From positions 291,958,001 to 292,022,000 of the forward strand of contig OZ024741.1 in assembly GCA_964016885.1 (NCBI GenBank): a stretch of DNA of 64,000 nt, in the 5' to 3' direction. This stretch comes from Eledone cirrhosa (taxonomy: Eukaryota). The translations under genes and the position numbers were made by a program. Shown here in pieces: positions 57,027-64,000 of this stretch. Position 1 is the first letter of the stretch; every line of letters begins with the position of its first letter. The notes beneath the pieces were generated by a model. The model had not been told where the DNA came from. It worked only from the letters and a program-made list of their open reading frames with translations, and did no database searches.

Positions 57027-57639
57027 ACGTTTGTCTGTGTGTTTGTATATGTGTGTATGTTTGTGTGTATGTCTGTGTGCACTTTTATATTTATCTACTC
57101 TGAGATAAATCAAAACTGAAGGAAGTCATGACTTTTGAATACACAAGTGATGCCTCCACTTGTGTTCTTGCTGATGTTGTTATTGTTGTTGTTATTTTGT
57201 TATTTTATGTTGCAGTGGTTTTTTTTTATTGCTTTCGTGGTGTTGTTACTTTTTATGTTGTCGATACTGAAATTGTTGTTGTCACTGTTGTTATTGTTTT
57301 AAAGTTTGCTGCTGTTGCTAGCATTATTTAACTCCAACATGGCCGTGGCCACAGGCGTTTCAGATGTGACCGTTCCTTATATTTCAGGCACAATGTATCG
57401 AGGAATATATTTCCTAATGTAGTTTCGTTTCTAAGGCGGTATGGTGGGATGATTTAATGAAGTAAGCTACTATTACTAGCAAGATAAATGGCCTCTAAGA
57501 GGTCTGTTGGATAACTGGTTATTTCTAGTACACAATTTCTTTATGTACATAAGACTTTCTTCGGCATTTATATATTTTCTTTTTCATACTTCAAATTAAA
57601 TACATTACCCCTAATCTTAAAACAAATTTTAGAAAATAA

Positions 57640-57745
57640 TTGTTTCTACTATTGCCACAAGGGCAGCAAATACCCAGTGCATTACTGGTACTTTAAATTA
57701 TCGACCCCGTAAGGCTGAAAGGCAAAGTTAACCTCGGCGGGATTT
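57640..57745 (-). mobile_element. SINE family A 3' part
   Basis: Reverse complement of the SINE A consensus. Confidence 0.8.
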
Positions 57746-57769
57746 TAGAAAATAATCAAATAGCGTGAG

Positions 57770-58190
57770 GGCCGTGGAGTCAGATTCCTCCGACACTCCA
57801 TCCAGAGGTTCTATCCAGAAGCTACCCTCTATAATTGATCCGGATTGATACATAAACGAAGCCAATTGAGCTTATGAATCTTATCCAACCATCTTGCCCA
57901 GGTTCTATCTCTGGGTCTACTATCGGTTGGCTTCGTCCCAAAAATATGCCCACCGATTCTTTTTATAAAACATTTTAGCCACATAACTATAGTACCGGAG
58001 CTTTGATCTCTCAATTAGAAGAAATAGCGACCCTTCTTGGAGTGACTCTCTGATTTCCGAGCTACGCACACTATCTAGTAACATTACTCAATAGGACCAA
58101 GATTCATGACCATAAATAAATGTATTCATAACACTGAATTGAAGATAATGAGTTTAGTTTTTACACTTACTTCTCTTCTGATGACCGTGA
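57770..58190 (-). mobile_element. RTE (Expander-like) 3' fragment, old
   Basis: Reverse-complement similarity to 39215-39600 and 60460-60880. Confidence 0.7.
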
Positions 58191-58964
58191 TTTGGATTTA
58201 GTTCCCTATATTTTCCACTCATAGTTGAATGGGCAAATAATAAGCTTTGAAATCATTAAGTTCTGAGTTGTATCCCACAGCGGTGCATCTTGAGCAAAAA
58301 CAATTACCAATAGCCTCTGATGTAACCAAGCCTTTTGTATAAACTTGGGTAGGTAGAAACTGATTGTGATCCCGTCAGATCGATTGTACTTGTAATTCAA
58401 AGTGTCCGTCTTATCACTCACTGTATCTAGCTGAACCTCCCCGAGAATTATGTTCAGAGAGCGCGTGTCAATGAAACTTACAGCACCTGCACGTTAATTT
58501 CATAAGTGTGCCGTTCGGTTGGTCGAGCAACTGAGGTTTCTTTGCATTTTCCCGGCCTACCAAAAAATATGTATTGTTTTGTGTCTGTGTTAGAAGTACT
58601 TATTTATTTCTTATATTCGGTCTGCAATGGCTTAGGCCAGTGACCGATAAATGTTTTCAGGCAAACCGGGTTGGAACTGCTAGTATTTTCGTCTTGTGAA
58701 TTAATGTGAATAAAAAAAGAAACCACGTTCATATAAGTCTATGAAAACAGCTTTTTTTTTGTTTAAATTACTTCAATGTATTTTTTTTAATTCCTCGCGT
58801 TTAACATAGAATAAAAACAAATATTTTTCACCTGTGATGTAAAAAGAAACTAAAAGAGCAAGCCTTTCTTAATGTCATAACATCGTTTAATTATGGTAAT
58901 AAAAGTATTCCATTTGCTAAACACCCGTGGGTTTCTGTATGAGTTATTAAATGCTGCGGGCCAA

Positions 58965-60905
58965 AGAGGCTTCATGTGGTGTCGGATGGCATGAGGACCC
59001 CTTGGTTCAATCAAAAGGTCAAAGATGCCATCTCAACAAAGAAGTAGGCTTACAAAGCTTAGCTTGGAAATAAGTTCTTCTTACACTTGCGATACAAGCA
59101 GGCACGAAGAATCGCAGCAGAGAGGTTAAGAGCGTCCAAAGTTAAGATATGGGAGGACTGTAGGGTTAAGCTGGAATCCGACTTCAGATCAGCAAATAAG
59201 GTGTTCTGGCAGACCATCACCGGCTTCGTAATCAAAAGACCTCCTCTACAGCTGCTAACAGGAACGCGTCTGGGGTCCCCCTCTCTTCAGAGAGGTGCAT
59301 GTTTGCGAGGTGGAGAGAATACATTGCTGATCTCCTGACACCAATTACAACAGCATATTCTGATGTACACGAGGTGCATCTAGGAGTGATGAATAATCTC
59401 TTGGAGGCTGAGGTCACAAAAGCAGTTAAAGAGCTCAAAGGTAGCAAGGCTTCCGGGGAAGAGGAAATCAGGCCTGAGATGTTAAAAGGCTTAAATATAG
59501 AAGGTATTCTCTGGCTGACTCTGTATGCCTGGTGGCCTGGATCTCTGGAAAGGCACCTAAGCAATGACAATTGGGAGTGATAATCACAATATTCAAAGAA
59601 AGAGACAAGATAGATTGTTCCAATTACAAAGGGATCTCCTTGTTACGTCTCCCCAGTTAAGTCTATGCAAAGTGTCTGGCGGTGAGGTTGTCGAGTCCAA
59701 GCTAGCTGATGAACAGTATGGTTTTCGCCTCGGATGTAGCACAGCCAAACAAATATTCACACTGCGACAGGTCTTTGAAAAATTTCGGGAGTGTTGCCAA
59801 GAGGTATATTCTTACTTTGTAGACCTCGAGAAGGCATATGTTCGCATTTTTCGGGACTTGCTTTGAAAGGTTGTGCAGGAGTATGGGATCGATGGTCATC
59901 TTTCCGCTGCCCTGATGTCTCTATACGAATGTCTCTATACGAGTATTTTTGTTCGGATAAATAGTGCTAAATTGAAACCATTCAATGTGGGAGTCGGACC
60001 CGCCAAGAGCGCGTACTTTCAACTCTCCTGTTCATTATTTTCACGAACAGGATTGTCATGTGCAACCGAGTTGGAAGTGCTATCATGATTGGTGGGTGTA
60101 AAATTAGTCGACTGGAATTTGCAGACGACATGTTTTTACTTAACTCGACAGAAGGTGAACTCCTACTTGCACTTGATAGATTTGATGCCGAATGCTGCAT
60201 GGCTAGAATGAAAATCAGTGTTGCGAAACCTGAGGCACACGTCCTCTCAATGAAGCTTGCGCAGTGCACTCTACATTTGAATGGAGTGCCACTGAAGAAG
60301 ATTGAGGAGCTCAAATATTACGAGGGAGTGTTCACAAGGCTGAATTAAATGCAAAAATTGCAGGAGCTGGGGAAGTAATGCGCCAGCTTCAGCATTCGTT
60401 AATCAGAGGAAGGGAGGTAGGTGTAAAAGGCAAATTCGCTACCTTCAATTCGGTATTCGTGCTAACCTTACCAATGGTCAGGAATCTTGGATAATGATCG
60501 AAGGAATACGATCACAAATGCAAGCGGCTGAAATGGGTACCTCCGAATGGTCTTTTGAGTAACGTTACTCGACAGATGGCGTAGTTCTGAGATCAGAGAG
60601 TCACTCCAATTAGAGTCGCTACTTCTCTGAATTGAGGGATCATAGATCCAATATTATGGGCATGTGGTTAGAATGTCTCAGGAAAGAATCGCTGGACAGA
60701 TTTTACATGCAAAACCAACCGGCAGGAGACCCAGGGTTAGGCGCCAAGCAAGATGGTTAAATAACATCCATGAACTTGCCTGGTCTACTTGGGGATCCAA
60801 CTGGATCAATTTTAAACTTTGGCTTCTGAAAGAACTTGCTGGAAGGAGTGTTTGAGGACTCTACCCCATGACCTTGTCAGGAATACTTGGGTGAAGAAGA
60901 AAAGA
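58965..60905 (+). mobile_element. RTE (Expander/Rex3-like) LINE, 5'-truncated, RT domain, decayed
   Basis: KLESDFRSANKVFWQTI; KASGEEEIRPEMLKGL; EQYGFRLGCSTAKQIFTLRQVFEK..FVDLEKAY; LEFADDM; GHVVRMSQERIAGQILHAKPTGRRPRVR; GAA-rich tail. Confidence 0.92.
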
Positions 60906-62035
60906 AACAACCGTGGCTCAAAAAAAGAATAGTGCATTTAAATGAATTAGAACAATGAAATTAATGCACATATTATGCTCAGCCAAGATTCAGAAAGAAT
61001 ACAAAGAATGTTTGTATGCAACACCTCTTAATGAAAGAAGTTGGCGAGCTAGATGAAATGAAGCAGAAGGTTTGATTTGGCCCTCGGGCCGTAGTTTGTA
61101 AATCCCTGGGTTAGACCAAAACTATATCTACTACACTTCTATTCTAAAGCCAATATTACCTACAACAGATTTCATTGACAAGAAAAGATAAGAAAAGAAA
61201 TATTAGAAGAATAACCGAAATGCACTTAACCAACTTTAGTAATCAACATTGTCTTTTATTTAGCAGTAAGGAATACAGAGGTAGCATCTTTTGTTGTTGC
61301 TATTTTCTTTAGTTTCGAATTCTATGACTCGAAGAGAAAATATGGCAGTTACACCAACGTCCATTTACGATTATTCATGAAGAATTTTATTGTGAAATCT
61401 TTAGTGAGTATTGTTTGACTCAGAATATTTTTTTTTTGCAATTGTCGTACGTCTGTATATTGAATTTCATCGATCGACCTACGTCTATTGTTGAGTTATT
61501 GTAACCACATAACCGTCTACAAACGGTGAATAGGGTCATGTCTTCTTTTTTTTATTTTGATAAAACTACATGATAAAAATATAAGAAACGTCTACTGGCG
61601 CAAGTTAACAAGAATATATGTAAATACAAGGAATCATGTATTGTATTTACAGACAATGTATATGTGTATCTTGGTCTACATCTTCTAATGTGAACTTCCA
61701 TGTATAAAAATACTATAAAGTTTAATTTGAAAGCTGCTGCATTTGGGAAATCGATCGAGACTGTAGACATACTTCCCTTCTGACGTGGCTGAGCATTCTG
61801 ACATTAAAAACTATTTTTGCCCCAGGTTAGCCCTTACCCAACGTTATTCTTTTTACATAATACAAGGACTAATTTATGTAGTGTACTCTTCCTATTTTAA
61901 AAACAGTCTAATGTGATATGAATACGATTTGGCTGCTATTTCGAGCCGATCGATCGTGTGTGAAGAGGCCTCCTCGCTGCTACAATCTTCCCTATTGTAC
62001 TACATTTCACTTTGATCACCGTTGTCGATTTGATG

Positions 62036-62435
62036 TACTCTTGAATCCCCAAAAATATGGGGGGGGGGGTATAAGCAGGGGTTGTTGGAAAATCGGTAAT
62101 TCTTCTAGGTTGTCTCCTTTGATTTTTTTTTAAAAAACAGAATTAGTCGTTTAGTTTCAATATTGAAATCCCCAACCTATTCTATTTATTTTATAGCGTA
62201 TGGGATTTCTTGTATGATCTTTTTTTGTCATGTATAATGTTTTTTTTAATGTATGAAGAAAATTAATTGTCGCAGGAATACTACTAGTTGAAATAAAATT
62301 TAAAATTTCGCCGGAGATAGATTAATAAATTAAAATAAACTGGGTGAGAATGTAATAAGAGCGGGTGGATATTTGGACAAAATCTGAAAAATTAATAAGC
62401 GGGGACCGGGGACGATTATTTGAAACCCGAGAGTA
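62036..62435. mobile_element. Tc1/pogo-like MITE relic
   Basis: TACTCTTGAATCCC ... GAAACCCGAGAGTA imperfect TIRs with TA ends. Confidence 0.4.
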
Positions 62436-62739
62436 GTTACTGTTGTTATTGTTCCTCTAATAGTAATTGTGTTTAAGCAACAGTTCAGCTCTGATCCAAC
62501 AAACATATAAAATATTACAGCCGTCGTTTTTTGGTTTCTAGTCCTTTAAACATAGTTTAGCGAAGACTATATTATTTAATGTGGCCTTCGTATTAAAGAT
62601 GATGTGATGTTGACTTGAGAAGGAATTTGGTTGGTATTTCCAGTAATTTCGACGACCACAGGGTTTCCGTGATGATGTTTATTTATGAAAGTTTTAAATC
62701 CTCTACCATTCAAACACATTACAGATTTAAACATCCATG

Positions 62740-62841
<102 letters not shown>

Positions 62842-63453
62842 CGCGTTTATACATATATGAACCTATATATATATAGATATAGATATATATATATAGGGCG
62901 GGTCATGTTGTCAGTAAACGCAGGCAACAGCTGAGTTTCACTGTTGTTGTTATTAATAGTTAGGTAACTAATCCAGAGGAGAGATGTAGTAATTGAAGCA
63001 AAGTAGAGACGTGGAGGAGACTCAGAGGGCAAAAAAAGTCATTGAGAAGGTCACAGAATATGCAGAAAAAAAGCTTTAACTGTTAATTAACCATTTTCCT
63101 TTTTGCTAAACCAGATTAGTTAAATAGATTAGTTACATGATTAATAATAAAATCTGCAGTGAAACTCTCCTGGTGTGCGTGTTTCTATTGGAAGCATGGC
63201 CCACTCCACAAGCATAATAATCTGTTTCAATACATAGTTTCACATCTCTCTAAATGAAAACTAATATGTATGATACATGAGTAATAAAATAAGATAACTA
63301 AACTTACTTGAATTAGCAAAATAAACGAGAATTGTTAACATGACCCATACTTGTACAAGCTGTAACAGTTGAATTTCGATCCATACTTTGAGCAACTTTG
63401 CCTTTCATCCTTTCGAGGTACATAAATATAGTACCATTTCAATATCAAAGTCG

Positions 63454-63458
<5 letters not shown>

Positions 63459-63550
<92 letters not shown>
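63459..63550. repeat. (CT)n microsatellite
   Basis: Direct inspection. Confidence 0.95.
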
Positions 63551-63552
<2 letters not shown>

Positions 63553-64000
63553 TTACTCGCCAGGGTTAAATACTGATACCCGGTCGTATGTCACGACATG
63601 CGCCTACAACTTCCAGCTGGACTTAAGGGAATATCCATTGCCATGAGATGGATTCATTTCTCACGTGGTGCTTACATTAAACTCATGGGATATACGTATG
63701 TGTCCCATGAAGCTCAAGACGATATGGTATTGAAAATGAGAAAGATTTAGCTATTAATTTTAGCAAGCAGATTAACCTCGTCAAAGCACCTTCTCTGGTT
63801 CGTAGGTAATATGTATTGGTATTACCTTTCTTAGTGAAAGCACGTGGCCAGTTGGTTAGGGTATTGGGTCGGGGATTCGATTCTTGGACTGGGTTGTGTG
63901 TTGTGTTCTGGTGCTCAGTATACACAGCTGAAAGTGAGTACCGGCAATAGCTGAGGGTTTAAACCTTCAATAGGCTGGCGTTCTGTCCAGTGGGGTGTCT

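Noticed and set aside
63308-63359. Possible minus-strand micro-exon (TTACAG...CAA|GTAAGT)
   Set aside because: Weak pyrimidine tract and no recognisable homology; such sites arise by chance in AT-rich DNA.

Overview
Eukaryotic, AT-rich, repeat-saturated animal genomic DNA. It is most likely intronic or intergenic sequence from an octopod cephalopod, inferred from the tRNA-derived SINE families and the extreme (TA)n/(CA)n/(TATG)n/(TATC)n microsatellite load. No intact protein-coding gene, rRNA, tRNA or CRISPR array is visible, and almost all ORFs in the supplied track are microsatellite or minisatellite artefacts. The window is a mosaic of decayed mobile elements: RTE and RTE-X LINEs, Tx1/L1-clade elements in (TATC)n, a CRE 3' fragment, a mariner relic, MITEs and many SINEs. 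It also holds a 7-kb 55-bp satellite with local higher-order structure and possibly one or two small minus-strand exons of a host gene. The most striking signal is a population of about 13 sequence-unrelated minimal type-I hammerhead ribozyme (HHR) motifs, five well formed and the rest degenerate, in Penelope-like element (PLE) ends that mostly lie in or next to (TA)n tracts. Three observations stand out. (i) A ~523-bp tandem unit with two HHRs looks like a retrozyme or circular-RNA template. (ii) There are fold-back palindromes, one carrying opposing HHRs. (iii) A covarying bulged stem-loop (GYTC-TGY-loop-RCA-TN-GARC) recurs 45-65 nt 3' of the HHR cleavage site in four unrelated families, with a degenerate fifth copy. 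All calls were made by eye; no database searches or folding programs were run.
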